Positions 25,078 through 39,292 of a DNA stretch of 64,000 nucleotides are shown piece by piece. This DNA comes from Gekko japonicus. Lineage: Eukaryota. Each line of letters begins with the position of its first letter. Position 1 is the first letter of the stretch. The notes beneath the pieces are model-generated. The model was not told where the DNA came from and searched no databases. It worked only from the letters and a program-made list of their open reading frames with translations. The stretch covers positions 481,258 through 545,257 of the forward strand of contig NW_015175977.1 in assembly GCF_001447785.1 (NCBI RefSeq). The letters are read 5' to 3'. The position numbers and the translations under genes are program-made.

Positions 25078-27899
25078 TTGACTTAAATGATATGAAGGAT
25101 ATGACACTGTGCTAAATGCTGTTGTTGCTAAGCGAGGTTAAAAGATGACTGGCTTTCAATATGCATGTTCTCTTTTTTCTTCAAAGTGTCTTACTGTTAT
25201 TTTTAAAGTGGTATACAATTGTGACACTTTAAGAGACTGTTCTGATATTTTCTTCCAAAATATAGAAGATACTAAATATTTTATTCTGTAAAATATTCTG
25301 CTTTATAATTGAAGAATGCCCCAGACAGTGACAGATGCTTTAATAACTGTCATTCAGGCCTCATTAATTTTACCGTACGTGCAGTGGAATGTCGCTAACA
25401 GGCTTGAATTCCTGTAGCAAAGTCTTACTTTAAAGCTACTTGAGTTTATTGACTGTATCGTAAATAATTGATTAAAATGACATGTAAATATACTCGGGGA
25501 TAATGTGTTCCACAGTTCTTTAACACCTTGTTGGTGCACCATTTTTCTCTCTTCAGAGCCTGCTTGACCCCTAGAAACATTTTGGCTAGCTAGAGAAAAG
25601 GAACGTCTTGCCCTTTCAGGCTGTCTAGAAGTCTTCTGGGACTATGTGCCCTCTGTCTCTTCCTGGCAATGGGTTGGATCCCATGAACAGCGGATGCAAG
25701 GATTGCAGAACTTTCCCATGTTCCCCCACCCCTCAGCAGACAGTTCTGACCCTGGGAAAGCTTATTCCGGGGCACACAAGACCTGTGTGGTCTTAATGCG
25801 ATGCAGGGCAGGAAGACACTGTGGCAAGGTGACAATCACCCTCTCTTCTCCCTTCCATCAGTGGAACTGTGCTGCCAGAAGAGCCAGGACAGTTTTGCTC
25901 CCTCCGCTTTCCCTGGTGCAGCTTTTTGACCATATGATTATTAGATCACATAGGTTCTGTGACTTTGGTCAGAAAGGACTACTGGGGAGAAGGGAATTGA
26001 GAAAATAATCCATAATTTTCAGCACCTTTTGCTGACTGATTACAAGATCCAGAAGGTATAAGTGAGCAAGTGTCAGCACCAGCAATATTTGATCTGGTGA
26101 GGTAGTGGTGGGTGGGAGCTGCAATAAAGGGGAGGGGAGGGGAAGGGAGAAAAATACTACTTAGTAAGCCTTTGTCAATTCTGTACTCTTGTTACTTCCT
26201 GTTCAGTCTAGGGCTTTGGGAGGGCACTGCAACTATCAATAGAACTGTTCTTTATAACTCAGCATTCCAGATATCTGATGTTCAGAGTGGTTTTGCTAGG
26301 TTCTCTAAAGGCCTAGAACAGGGATTTTCAACCTTGATAAGCCTGGAGAAAGTGGGAAAATTGGAAGTAACATTTCTGATTGGCATAGGAAGACTTACAG
26401 GAGTGGCAGTTTGCCACTCCTCCAATTGGGAGGGACGGGCTGTAAAAGAGGCTTGGTTGGTCCACTTGACCAAGAATTGGTTGTGAAGAAATGTTCAGCC
26501 TGGGTTGTTTGATTATGTCACCATGTACAATATAATAGCCATGGTGCCTTGGCTAATCTTAGTTGGGTCCACCTCCCAGGACTCAATGGTCACACCGCTC
26601 CTTTCTTGATAAATCTCCAGTTGCCTCAGGAGGCTCACATTCAATCATACTGAGTGGCTAATGCTGGCTTCACATTCCTTTTACCGACTCACCTCCATTT
26701 TTGCCTAGAGATTCTGTGCATTCTGGCAGACTAATTCTAGATCTGGCAAAGGTCTGGTTATGTGCTAATCAAGATTGTAAGGAGTAATGCCAAAAAATGG
26801 AGGCTTACCAGTCTCAACGGCAGCACTTCCTGTAGATACAAAGGTGACATCTCCTGGGTTCTTCTGAAATACCGCTTACTCCAGAGGAAAGTATTGATGC
26901 TTTGGGGAAGAAGGAAGTGGGTCCCATGCTGGAGATCACTGGCCTCTTCTAGGCAGCTAACCTTGCCATATAGAAAGAAAACTACAGAGTACCTTGGGCA
27001 GTCTCTCAGAATCACAAGAGAAGCAAATCCCCATCAGAAGTTGTATGCACACAAAATTATGAAGTTTAAACAGTTTGTATGTAAGGAAATCGTTCCATCA
27101 AACAAACTGTCACAAATACTAGGCAATGACATTAAGTAGCTATATTCACACTGAACTCATAAATGCAGTGAATGCATTTGCTTAAAGGATCACAATCTCC
27201 CAACAACTCGATTTAGTGCTTTATATAGCATCATTACCATTGATTTTACAATCCTAATCCATATGATCTGATAGAAGGGCTTCAGTGGTTCCAAGCCTCT
27301 TTGGCTGACTAATATCAGAAGGTAGTCCAGGGCTGGGGTGTCAAAGATATGGCCTGTGGGCCGCATCCAGCCTGAGAGCAGCTGACTCTGTGCTGCTTCC
27401 TGGTTCCTGTTTGTAACGTCACAGCTCCTTTTGCCTGCTTCAAGAGGAAAGAAAGCGTTCCCACCATTGGCTAAGGGCCCCTCCCCCTCCTCCTCTTTGG
27501 CTTGGAAACGGAGATGAGTACTGCCCCCTAGAGTCGGATTCAACTAGCTTTCGAGCAAGGGAAACCTTTACCTTTTACTTCCTCACAACAATGAGAATCA
27601 TTGGGTGACCATGGCAGTTTGAGTCCCAATAGCAGGTTGGAAGCCGAATGAGAATGGCTCTAGATAATCCTCCTCATCCAAGAAAATACTATGGTTTACA
27701 GTATGATTGCCACTTCCACATGATCCATTCTTGCACCAAACTGATACTTGAAGAGGGAGCCATGTGGGATGGATACTTCCATATCGGTGCATAACCCCTT
27801 TGGGGCTGGCAGGACTAACATGGAAACTAATCAAGTTATGCACTTCCTCTTAGCAGTTTACATGTTTCAAACATCAATACAACATTGTACCTTAAGAAC

Positions 27900-28292
27900 T
27901 ACCTTCTCTCATGTAAGCCTACCCATCCACTCTGGCCATCTTTGGAGGGCCCCGCTTTGGGTGCCCCTGCCATCTGAGGCTAGACGGGGTACCTTCTCGG
28001 TTGTGACATCAACGCATTGGAACTCCCTCCCAAGGGAGATTAATCTGTCTCCATTTGTTGATGTCTTTTGCCCAGTAGGTGAAGACTTTATTATTATGCT
28101 TGGCACACCCCCAATAACTGCTCCTGGTCCTCCTCCCTTGTTTTGGTGTGATGCGTGTTTATATGTTTTTATTGAATTATTGTATACATATTTTTAAATG
28201 CTGTCTTAATGTTGAAATGTTTTAAAGTTTGATGTTTGCTGCCTTGGAGGTTCTATTTTGGGGGAAAGGTGGCACAGAAATGTTTTAAATAA
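27900..28292 (+). mobile_element. L2-clade LINE 3' end fragment
   Basis: TFSVVTSTHWNSLPREI-type C-terminal motif followed by T-rich UTR and AATAAA tail. Confidence 0.55.
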
Positions 28293-28489
28293 AACATGGG
28301 ATACAGCCAGGTGGCAGTGGCAGCTATCCCGCAAGGCTAACACACATACTCTGGGTTCACTTCCTGTGTCAGAAGGCATCGTTTCTCTGTGTTTGGCACT
28401 CAACAAATGCTAAAGCCCAAGCTGTCTGTTAGAAAGAAAAAGCAGTATATGTAGTGCATTCCCAAATATATAGTTTCTTATTTATTTCA

Positions 28490-28570
28490 TCATTATTATT
28501 ATTATCATCATCATCATCATTATTTTATTATTTTTATTTATTTATTTTTATTTATTATATATATTATTTT
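28490..28570. repeat. Compound AT-rich microsatellite (ATT/ATC/TTTA), likely SINE tail
   Basis: Direct reading; abuts the minus-strand SINE. Confidence 0.8.
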
Positions 28571-30149
28571 AATTTATAGCTAGCCCTTAAACCATTCTCC
28601 TCTCCCCCATTTGATCCTCACAACAACCTGATGGGGTAGGTTAGGCTAAGAGTAGCCCAAAGTCAACCAGCAAGCTTCCATGGCAGAGTAGGAATTTGAA
28701 GTTGGTTCTCACAGATCTTAGTTCGACACTCGAACCACTATATCACACTGGCTCCTGGGCTCAAAAGTTTCACCTTCCAAATGAAAGAATGTGATCCACT
28801 GCAAGAACCATGGAAGGAAAGTATACATTGTTATAAGTAGGATTCTGTATACATTATGGGGGGAACACCAGTTTGCCATAAGTCTTGGCTGTGTGGATGC
28901 TTAGTAGTCAGCAGAAATATTTCTAATCTCTGTAACTTCCTGTCCAAAGTTCTGGCAATTTTCATAGACAAACCAAAGTGGTCCATGAAAGGAACAAAGA
29001 CTTTGCTTTCTCCCTCTTTATTAACAGGAGGGATAGTTTCTTTTTTGGAAAGGAAATTGGCATGCTTTACAAAGTTAAAATATATCAAAGAGGGTCATGA
29101 AAATCCCACACTCCCAGTACCTATAAATAACTTTTTAAAATGGATGCTAGTGGAAGTTTGCCCAAGCAGAAAACTGGAATTGCCTTTTGAGTTTCCACAA
29201 AAGGATTAAAGGCTTATCTAAGATTTTTATTAAGTGTTCTGGATCTTACAAACCTTCACCAACAACCTTTAATGAGCTGTAATATAATTTCCAAAGAAGA
29301 TCTACAATACAGTCCTATGCAGAGTTATTCCAGTCTAAGTCCATTGAAGCCATGTCACTGCGTAGGATTGCACTGTTAGAAGTCTAATAAATTTCACAAT
29401 TTTCATCTAATGTCTTCTCATTGTAATTAGAGATAGAACTTGAAATCTTTAGCAGGCTGTTCTTTTAAGATCCCTATTTCTGTCTGCTGTTAAAGTAAAG
29501 GGAGGGGGAGGTGGGTATAAATAATGTAAACAGAATTTAGTGTCTACTTTGTGTCATGGTTTCATGCCATTGGTAGGAAACTTGTACATATTAATTTATT
29601 TTGCCCATACAGTATTATAAAAGCCAGCAGACAAGTGCTAAAGGAGTGGAGCTCAGGAGCGTAGCTGAGACAACTTGGATTGAAATAGTTGTAAGAAATT
29701 CTGATTCAATATGCCTTCATATAGTAGCTCTATGTAGCATATGGCTGACATTGCAGAAAAGAAGGAACAATTGCTTAAGGATAAAGTTTGTATGAAAAGA
29801 AATGGACTGAAAACCTTCTGTATTCTGCAGAAAGTGTCAACCCTTTATTGATTTCATGACGTCATGTCTGAACATGACTATTACAATATTTTTGTAAATG
29901 TTAATATTCATCCCATTCCTTGATTGTATTTCTAACATATGACTTCTCTACTGTCGTTTTCAACCTCTTTGCACATTGCAACAAAGCCGAGGAAAGAAAA
30001 TGTTTCATTTCAACAACTTCCTTTCCCATGCAGGGATGCGGTGTTTTCTATGTTCCATCAAATTCTGGAGTTAACAAGCAACTTATCAAATCAATCAATC
30101 ATTTATTACAGTCATGTACCAGCAGGATAAAACATACACTAAGAATTAT

Positions 30150-30616
30150 TCTAAGAATATATCTATATATATATAATTCTGAGAATAATCTTCCATTAAG
30201 AGATATAAAAAAGCAAATATGTGTCACTAAATCAACAGCTCCATCTGAGGTTTCAGATTCAAGATCTGCAAGAAGAAAGAAGGTTTGCTATTCCTCCAAT
30301 CTTCCCAGGAATTTTTGGAGGATGGTATAATAAATACATATCTAAGGCCATTATAGAAGAAGCAAAGCAGCAGTGCAGATCCAGCCATTTTCAATTTCCT
30401 CAGCAGCACAAGGCCGTAAGCGCACTGGAAGTGGCACACACCATGGTATCTCTCTTCTAATAAAGTGGATGGAAGAACATTGAGATGGGCCAGAGTGAAA
30501 GCTATCTTGTGTTTGGGAATCAATAAATAAGCTAAATAATTTGGCAACACCAATTTCTTGTTCCTGAAGTGATAGTGTTTTGCAGCAGAACTTAAATGGT
30601 GTTGAAGATGTCCCAA
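30150..30616 (-). mobile_element. Decayed non-LTR retrotransposon C-terminus (RTE-X-like)
   Basis: LPNYLAYLLIPKHKIAFTLAHLNVLPS parallels RRAFTALRFHAIPS of the 62.4-kb copy. Confidence 0.5.
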
Positions 30617-30670
30617 ATCCTTTGCCTGGTTTCAGATTGAGCTTTGGAATAATGCAAGGCTATTAAGCTG

Positions 30671-30883
30671 TTCCCTGACCTGGATAGTCCAGGTCATCCT
30701 GATCCTGTCAGATCTCGGAAGCTAAGCAGGGTCGGCCTTGGCTAGTATTTGGATGGGATCCCTCCAAGGAATACCAGGGTTATGATGTGGAGGCAGGCAA
30801 TGGCAAACCACCTCTGAATGTTTCTTGCCTTGACAACCCTACAGGGTCACCATAAATCAGCTGTGACAATGGCAGACATACAC
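30671..30883 (+). mobile_element. 5S rRNA-derived SINE (5S-Sauria-like)
   Basis: 5S segment GATCTCGGAAGCTAAGCAGGGTCGGCC..TAGTATTTGGATGGGA followed by GCAATGGCAAACCACCTCTG (Sauria/Bov-B-type tail); flanking direct repeat ATTAAGCTG. Confidence 0.8.
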
Positions 30884-32394
30884 ATTAAGCTGCTAGGAGA
30901 ATATCCTCTGGGTCATAATTTCTCTGAAAAATGCCTTTTCCATTTTGACTAAAAGGTGTCTGTTAGTGTTAAAGATGCAGGACCCACAGGAGAGAAAACA
31001 AGCTTCAGCCAGTAATTGATCCTGTATAAACAGGCAACTTAGAAGGAGAGTGTGAAAATGTGTGATCGACTACTGGAAACAACCACAGTGGGAGCATACC
31101 TAGGACATGAAGGGTTGTATCCTAAAGCAATTTGTCTCTACTAACTCGGCCACAAAGATGAACATCAAAACATAGAAATGAACATATAGAGAGTATTAGG
31201 ATGTTGCTAAAGCAATCTGAATTTATTATCCTTACTATATAGGTTTTATATTAGCATGAAGTATTAAACTATTCATCTGCTTCCACACAAGGACACTGTG
31301 ATGGACAGGAGACCGCCCTGCCCCTGAAGAGGAAAACAGCCACTTGAGCCCATGGGACTGTGGCTACAGCATCTAATGAACTTCCAGAAGGGGGAGGGAA
31401 TGTTGGAGGGAAGCACAGCGGGAGTTTAGTTCTGGTCTGCCTCAGGGAGAGGGCAGAAGAAGTTCAGTTCTGCTTTGGAGAAGACAGTGAGAGCTCAGGT
31501 CTGGCTCAGAAAAAGCAGGCAGAGTCAAGGAGAGCTCTGCAGCATAGCAGAGTGGTTTAGCTCTATCTCTGAGAGAAAACAGAGTACCCGGTTGTTAGAT
31601 CTTTCTCTGGTAATGTGCAGATCTTGTACTATTTGGTTTGACTCTTGAGAAAGGGCAGGCTGGAGTGGATATAATTCTGTGAGAGAGGATCCAGCCTAGT
31701 GACTAGTCAGTAAAAGCCTGTTTATGCTTGAAAGTAGATTCAGATGGGTCGCCATGTTGGTCTGAAGCAACAGAACAGTTTGAACCCGGTGGCACCTTTA
31801 TATATTCTGAGTATAAACTTTTGTGTGCACGCATACCTCTTCTCCAGGGTCAGAGCTAGATCCAGACTGAATTTTCCATAAGCAGAACTTTCCTGCCTCT
31901 CCCCTTCCACTGCAGCCCACTGATCTCCACAAAAAGCTACTCCTAGGGGACTTGAGGAACAACATGAAGGGGACCTACGGTGGGAAGGGGGAGTTGGTAG
32001 AAGTTGCCAATTTAGTCTAAATCCAACTCTTGCTGTGGCTCAAACAGGAAACTGGGGTACAGTGCAGGTAGAGTTTCCATGTGAGCACTCAGCTCACAGC
32101 GACTACAGGAAGGAGATGGAGTTAAGCTCTCATTTTCTTCACCTTTTTTCGCTCTTCGAAGGGTTTATCCCTTGCCCAGTTGAGTCACTGTAGTTATATA
32201 CCATGGCTGAGCTGGGAAAGGGAGGAGAAAGGAGGCTCTGATGTTATCACCCCATGTAGATGTAGCCTGAGACATTTTCTGAAAGAACTTTCAGACTATT
32301 CGCTTGTTAAGAACTAAAGAGTATGCACATTACAGCCACTCTGCAGGTACTCCACTGACTCAGTCACTACATTCAGTTCAAGATAATGGTTGTC

Positions 32395-33000
32395 ATATTC
32401 AGAGCTCTTCATGAACTACTAGACCTTCATATGTAAGGACTGCCTCTCCTGCTGTGCTCCACCACGACAGCTTTGCTCATCTGAGCAAAACCTTCTGAAG
32501 GTGCCACCCTGAAAATGGGTAAGATCAATAGCTGCCCGCTCATGTAAATTCTTTGTTGTGCCCTCCCATTTTATGGAGTGGCTTGCTTGAGGAAGTCAGG
32601 AAGGCTCCCACACTTCTGTTATTCCACGCACTGTAAACCGAATTGTTTATGGGGGCTTTTCATATAGGTGAGTGGGCTATAGTCTAACTGAATGGTTCAG
32701 AAAGGTGCTTTTATAAAGGGAACAAGACATAGCATATGCCACTTTGTATGGTAAATATTATACGTTTATTGTATGTATTATCCTGTGTTTATTACATCAC
32801 TTTTTATTTTTGTAATTCCATTTTCTGCAATTTGACCTATCAAGTCTGATACTTTTTGCATTATTCTTAATTTTTGTAATCCTAGTCCTATTGCATTGCT
32901 TATTAGATGTGTCCTGCTATTGTTTTATAACATTGTTTACACTGTGTAATTCCCCCTTGAGCCTCAGTGAGGAAGATGGGCTGTAAATAAACAAATAAAT
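32395..33000 (+). mobile_element. L2-clade LINE 3' end fragment
   Basis: Similar to 45550-46125 (GAAGTCAGGAAGGCTCCCA...TGTAAT.C.CCTTGAG.C); (AAAT)n tail. Confidence 0.65.
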
Positions 33001-33188
33001 ACTTCAACAGTGATTTCCTGTCTGATCAGTGGATTATTTCAGATGGCCCTATTACAGAACCTTGCCAAGATTTCATATCACCAAACCTCTGTAAAATGAA
33101 ATCATGACAAGGCTGTGTAGTTTAAGAAGTACATTTTAAATAATCAACTGAGCATATTGGAAATCCCTTTTTAAAGTAGTTCTTAATC

Positions 33189-33600
33189 CAGGGCTATTTT
33201 TGGGCAGGAACACACAGGAACGGAGTTCTGGCTGGCTTCAGAGTTGGCCACGCCCACTACAGTCAAAACCTCTGCGTGCATGGCTACAGAGGGAAGGCCT
33301 GGAGAGCGACCACCCCCTGGTGACTCCAAGGCAGGCAGGCCAGGGGGCCCCCGGGAAGGATCGGGGAGACATTTAAATGCCTCCCCGTGCCTTTTCCAGC
33401 CTGTCCAAGGGCCAGCTTGCCCAGGCTCCCGGCAGCCACAGGGTGCCCGGGCAAGCCAATGGAAGGCATGGGGTGTGGCCTAATATGCTAATGAGCTGCA
33501 CTGTTAGGGGTGTGGTCTAATATGCTAATGAGTTTCTGCTGTTGGATGCAGCCTATTATGCTAATGAGTTCCTGCCAGGCTTTTTCTACAAAAAATGTTG
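33189..33600. mobile_element. hAT MITE, same family as 61141-61527, right end degenerate
   Basis: CAGGGCTATTTTTGGGCAGGAAC start and repeated CTAATATGCTAATGAG subterminal units. Confidence 0.75.
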
Positions 33601-34194
33601 TACAATTTTGCTGCAGCATGAATTGCAAGTTACTGTAGCACAGCATTTTATATAGGTCTGACTAAAAATCAACCATTGGCGGAAGAGCATTACAATTCAA
33701 AATTCAGCAAGGCCTTAAAATTCTTTCCCATTGATCAAGACAAAAAAGGAAGCATGGTATTGTTCCCCTCCACTGTCAAATACAACAACACTTTTAAGAA
33801 TGCAAATTTGAAATGTAACAAATCAAAATCTGATCTGAACAAACCTATTTCACTAAAAGCAATAACCCTTTGATTGTGGATGCAAATGCACTGGCTAGAT
33901 CTGGCTCTTTTTGTGGCATCAGGATGTCTGTGGCTGAATTTTGCTTTCACTTTCTATTTTCCCTGGCTATCTTTAAATTTTTAATCTCCTGTGAATGACA
34001 GGGGGGGAAGGAAGGGGGAGTTAAAGAGAAAGGGACAGCAGATTACGTTGTAGACATGGGTCAGGCTTCTCATGTGTAAAGCAGAAAGGAATTTGTTACA
34101 AAAGCAGGGCATATCCGTGAGGAGAGGAAACGCCTGCCCCCCCAATTACAGAGCCTTATTTGAAACATTTTCCTCCTGACCCACTCCCATCCTG

Positions 34195-34982
34195 GTGTGT
34201 AAGTGAGAATTCTGTTGGGGAAGGCTGTCGGCCTGAAAGTTGGGAAGGAGAATCTCCTGGTTTAAAGATACAGTCCTTCAGAATGTCACCTTGGCTGGAT
34301 GGGAGACCAAAAGTTCCAGGTGGAAATGGGTTTTCTACTGGAAACTATGTAAACATCAACTACACATAATAACAACTATCTTAAAGAATCCAAATTATTT
34401 TAAAAGAAAAGGAGTTGAAGCGATATTAAAAATAATAGTTTATTAATCCAGGTAGCCTTGTCACACACAAGTTCTCAGGCCTTGTACACCTGACACTTGA
34501 ACCCCCCCCAACCCCCACCTTTTTCCTCTTTCTACCTAAAAGCTTGCTCCCCGGCTTTGAATTTCCCCTAAAAGCCTTTTGCAAGGCGTGACCTATTTAG
34601 CTAATTATTGTTATCTCCCTATCTCGCTTGTTTCTGCGGTCAAGCTTCACAGATAGCTAGGTATGCAAGCATTAGTAGAAAAAGTAATTTGTAATGGCAA
34701 GCGAAAAGAGATGGGGCACACAGAAAGGATGTTTCCTGTGATAGGAAACAAAGGTGTTGGTGTAAAGTAAAAAGTTTCCACTGCTTATGATTGTGACGTG
34801 TGATTGAAAACTGTGAACGGATGGTATATAATCTTTGTAACTGCATGGCTTGGGGGTTCAGCCATTTTCAAAGCACCCTGGTGCTGACTGGACCTGGCGC
34901 GCCAATAATAAAGCCTTTTCCTCTTGATGAATCTGGTGTGGTCTCTTAGTCTGGACAAAGACTCCTCTCTCCCCGTGCTTCA
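34195..34982 (+). mobile_element. Possible solo LTR (ERV-like)
   Basis: TATATAA near 34825, AATAAA near 34907, ends in TTCA; no convincing TSD; left boundary uncertain. Confidence 0.35.
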
Positions 34983-37197
34983 GAGTCAAAGTCAAGATTT
35001 CTGTGACTGGTTGGTTGTCAGCTTGGAGATGGTGTGGCCTCTTCAGATTTTAAACAAGGCTGTCTCCAGAGTTTTGAAGGCCCCAGTCAAAATCCCTCCA
35101 TTGGATTCCAGGCAGTCCACCCTGAGCCCTGCATTTGTGCAGCACATTGGGATCCTAGGTCAGGTGTAAACAAATTGCTGTATTACCCTTTCAGCAGTGT
35201 CAGTTTGTTCCTAGCCTACATTTCATATGCAGAAAGAGCATGTTTAAAAGAGCAGCCACTTCCTCTTGAAAACTGCAAGGGCCACTTCATGCCTCACATT
35301 TTAGGTATACACTTATAATCCTTACATAACAAATAAAATTATGACAATAACCTTGTTCTAGAGGTACATGTCTGGAAATCTGTCAAAATCTGAATCAAAA
35401 TACAGATGCCACACAGGTGCCAGGTTAATGTCCAGACCTCAAGATTTCTGAAACTTATGTATTTATTTAAATATTTATACATCATCTCTCCATATTAATG
35501 TCTACAGCATGGCCAACAATGAAACAATAAGAAACTGCACATGCCACATTTGACCTTCATTTTTCATGCTGTCTTAATATGTGTGTTCTGCAAACAGCAG
35601 AACAAAAGAGAGACTTAGGACCAAACCAGATGAAACACAAGAGACCAGGGGTATCATACCATTTCCCCAAGGAGTATACCCCCAAACTACTATTATCCCC
35701 AGTAGAGGGGGAAAGTCTCCTGTTCATCCTTAAAGAAAGTGCATGGGTGGGTCTAGTTTTAAACCAAACTGTAATGCACTCTACACCCATCTTCACCAAT
35801 GCTCCCTCTAAGCTGTGGAGTCTTGTGAGCAACAATTCTACTTTGTAAGCTACTGGCATAAAAGTTGTGAATGAGCCCTTTGGCTACTGCATAAATTAGT
35901 GTGCTAAGACAAAAATGTGTGAGCTGGAGGCTAAAAAACTGTGAGCCAGCTCACACTAACTCAGCTTAGAGGGAACACTGATCTTCACTATCTCTGAAGG
36001 GGTTCATCGAGTGGTAGTAGAGCATGTAGTAAAGCCTAACGAGGGTGCTGCTACTTATGCGACCGGCATTTGGATGCCGATGTTTGTCGTGGACTTGGTC
36101 GGCTTTGGCATGCTTTTGCCCCCCGTTGACCTCTATCAGGCTTCGGGCTGCCCCGGGGGTGTGTGCAGACAATGAGGCAGATTTGTTTGCGAGGCCGCTC
36201 CCTCCATCTCTGGCGATGGCAGCGAGGTTCGTGCCATGGTTTCACCTCCTGGGAGACGTGGTGCTCCAACTGCAGAGTTACGTTGCGAAGGTGCCCCCCC
36301 CCCCCGGTTCAGCTGGGCCTTGGAGCTCGGAACGGAGGGGTGTGTGCCTCATGTCTTGCAGGACATTTCACTTTTAGTAGAACGTTAACAACTCTGGCTG
36401 ACTGGGACTGGCCAACAGACCTTGAGCAAGGGCTGTTGGTGGAAGCCTTTGAGCCAGGAAACGAAGATCGATGACCTGGTGTAGAATAGAGCAGCCCCCC
36501 CCCTTCGAGAAGGAGTGCAAAGGTTTCTGGGCTCTGCCTTCAACTTGCAAACTTGCCACTTTATGACTTTGCTGGGATATAAGGCAGGGAAGTGATTTTT
36601 TAGTCCACCTGCTAGGTTTATATAAGATTAGGTTACAATAGCTAATTATAATAGTTAGTTTATGTTAGGTCTTCCCACCCTTTAATGTCAGTCACTAGAA
36701 TAGAGTAGTTTAATCTTGCTGGGGGAGGGAGTAGCAAGAAGGGAGGTTGGGGTGGGTAGGGTTGTTTTTTGTCTTGTATTCTGAGGTCTATTCATTGTAA
36801 CCGGCAATTGCTGAATTTGGTTTAACTGAATCTGAGTGGTTGGCCATCTTGTGTTATAGCTATGTGTAATGTAATTATAGTTTTATTGTAATTTTAATGA
36901 AATGTTTTATTGTATATCTTTATCTATGTTGTTAGCCGCCCTGAGCCTGCCAAAAAGCAGGGAGGGTGGGATATAAATATAATAATAATAATAGTAATAA
37001 TTATCATACACCCTTTAAACTTAAATGTTTTCCTGGTCTTTCATGAAGACCCACTGGTGAGGTAGATCTTGACACATGGAGGCTGCAAGTACAGCAGCTA
37101 CTTGATGATCCAGAGATATCTCCCAAAGCGAAAAAATTAAAATTAATAGAAAGTTTGTCTCCTCCAGCCCTAGAATGAAGCCTTAAATGCAGGGTGG

Positions 37198-37570
37198 TGT
37201 CAGCTGAAGCTGCCATGAGCGTGGTGTGTGTTTCTAATTGCTGTGCATTCCTTCCCATGCGCTTAATTGCTTCAAAGCTGTAATGCTTATCTATCAAGGT
37301 TACTGGAGAGGTTGGTGGTGTCTAGCTTTCGTGGGAGCTTCTTTCGTTCCCAGTTTTGCGGCCTTTAGAGAATATGCCAAATGCCCGCGCGCGGGAGTCC
37401 ATTTAATTGGGTAGAGCTGGGGGGGCGCATACGAATGCCCTATATCCTATTATGTGCATAGGTAACCCGTCATTCCTAACACTGTTCATGTTACTGCATC
37501 TATGGCTTTTCAATAAAAGTAAAACCTTCTTGGAAGCGTGTATTTCGTTGTTTTGCTGTGGATCCTGACA
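37198..37570 (+). mobile_element. Solo LTR (373 bp) inserted in the gag remnant
   Basis: TGTCAG...CTGACA inverted termini, 5-bp TSD GGTGG on both sides, AATAAA near 37512. Confidence 0.88.
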
Positions 37571-39292
37571 GGTGGAGTGCTACAGCTGAAGAACGTCTGG
37601 CACAGCTGGAAAAGATATATACCTCTGTTACAAGTAGTGATGAGCTCTATGCACAATTTCAAGAGACTTTTCAGAAATCTGAGGGAAAAAACCTATTTGA
37701 AAAGATTAAATAGTTGCTGGAGGAAGGTTCTGGAGAAGAAGGTCAATGTGCAGCTGATACATTCATTCACAGATGTTGGGATGAGTTCCTGGTTATGCAA
37801 CTCCATCTGAGGGATTATGTGGACCTTACTAATATTTCTAAAAGGGTTTGTTCACAACTGCTTGTACCAGGTCAGATTATATGAAGAAGAAAAAGAAAGA
37901 ACAAAGAAGGTCTAGGAAGTTAGGGAGACTACTTTATAAATCTTGCCACTCATGTCATATTATGGAATCAGGAAAGAGCTGTTTCCAAACTGATGAACAG
38001 GCCTGTTATTCAAAAGTGGATTGAACAAAACAAAAAGTCAAAAGTACAACACTAGATAAATCTGGGTTGAGCAAACCTTGGTTTTTCTGTAATGACTGTG
38101 GGATGGAGGATTACTCTAGGACTGAGTGGACAAAGGTAAGCAATTCTGAGTTAGTGCAAGAGAAATTAATTTCTAGGTAGAGCCATGTCTCAGAGTCTTC
38201 AAAAACAGCTGGGGATTGCAAAGTTGATGCTAAAATTCAAGATCCATATATAAAGATGTGAGGGTGAACAAATTCCCAGGTGGCCTGCATAGCTTCAGAG
38301 TTTTATGAAGAACATTTGTCACATACAGAATTGCATCCAATTGAAAAAGCACTTCAGATAATAGGAGCAGGTGGTCAAGATGTTCCTTTTTTGGGATATA
38401 TCGTTGTGTTGGTTAGTTTTCCCAAACAAAACTGTGAAACAGAAAAGAGTCATGTTGTTTTTGCTTTAGTATGCCCTGATCAAAACCCTCCTGCAGAAGT
38501 GCCAGATACTGTGGATACTAACATTCTGTGGAAATCTAAAGATGACTGTGAATTTAAAGATCCCTACATTTTCTGAAGAAGCTCAGGATTAATATGGTAT
38601 GGCCAAAAGTATATGCAGTGTGCAAAGTGCAAGAGAAGATGTGGGAAATGTGGCAGGAAACCCCCAAAGAATAATAAGAACAGCACCAAGTATTTCTCTT
38701 GCAACATGGCTCTGTGTAGTTTTTAAGCTGAGTAACCTGATAAAGTGATGCTCCTGTGTTTGTAGTTTTATTTAAGCACTCTGCTAACTAGTGAGAACTG
38801 GACTAACCACACCAGTTAACCCCAACACTAATAATATTTTCAGACACCCTAGAAGAACATGAGGCAAGCCTGATGAAAGTTCTACAACAGCTGATAGAAC
38901 ATGAGTTAAAGTTATCTGTTTCCAAAAGTAAATTCTTTCAAACATCAGTGAAGTGCATGGGGCATGTCATCTCACAGGAAGGTATACAACCTGACCCAGA
39001 TGAGCTGTCTGCTTTAATGGACTGGCCAAAGACTGAAAGAACTGAGAACCTTCTTGGGGTTTGCGGGGTATTATAGGAGATTTGTAAAGAATTACTCAAC
39101 TATCACTAAGCATTTGACTTCACTTCTGGCAGGCAGAACACAAGGTAGAAAAAGAAATAGTGATTCTGGTAAGCATTCTCAGAAATTAGGAGGAGAGCAG
39201 TGCAGAAGGTGTCAAGAAGCCTTTGATGCTGTAAGAAAATTGTTGACAACTGCACCAGTCTTCCAGATTTTCTAACTGAAATCTCATAAATA

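Noticed and set aside
25078-26130. ARMT1 polyadenylation signal
   Set aside because: ATTAAA (~25471) and AATAAA (~26123) are both possible; no basis to choose.
30700-30760. 5S rRNA gene
   Set aside because: Only a partial, diverged 5S segment fused to a SINE tail and flanked by a TSD.
31298-31730. Possible LTR fragment starting TGTGATGG
   Set aside because: No right terminus or TSD identified.
33475-33570. CRISPR-like spaced repeats (CTAATATGCTAATGAG)
   Set aside because: These are subterminal repeats of a hAT MITE in a vertebrate genome; no cas genes.
37005-37197. Domesticated PNMA-like gene
   Set aside because: In-frame stops, an LTR insertion and decayed pol downstream indicate a dead retrotransposon.
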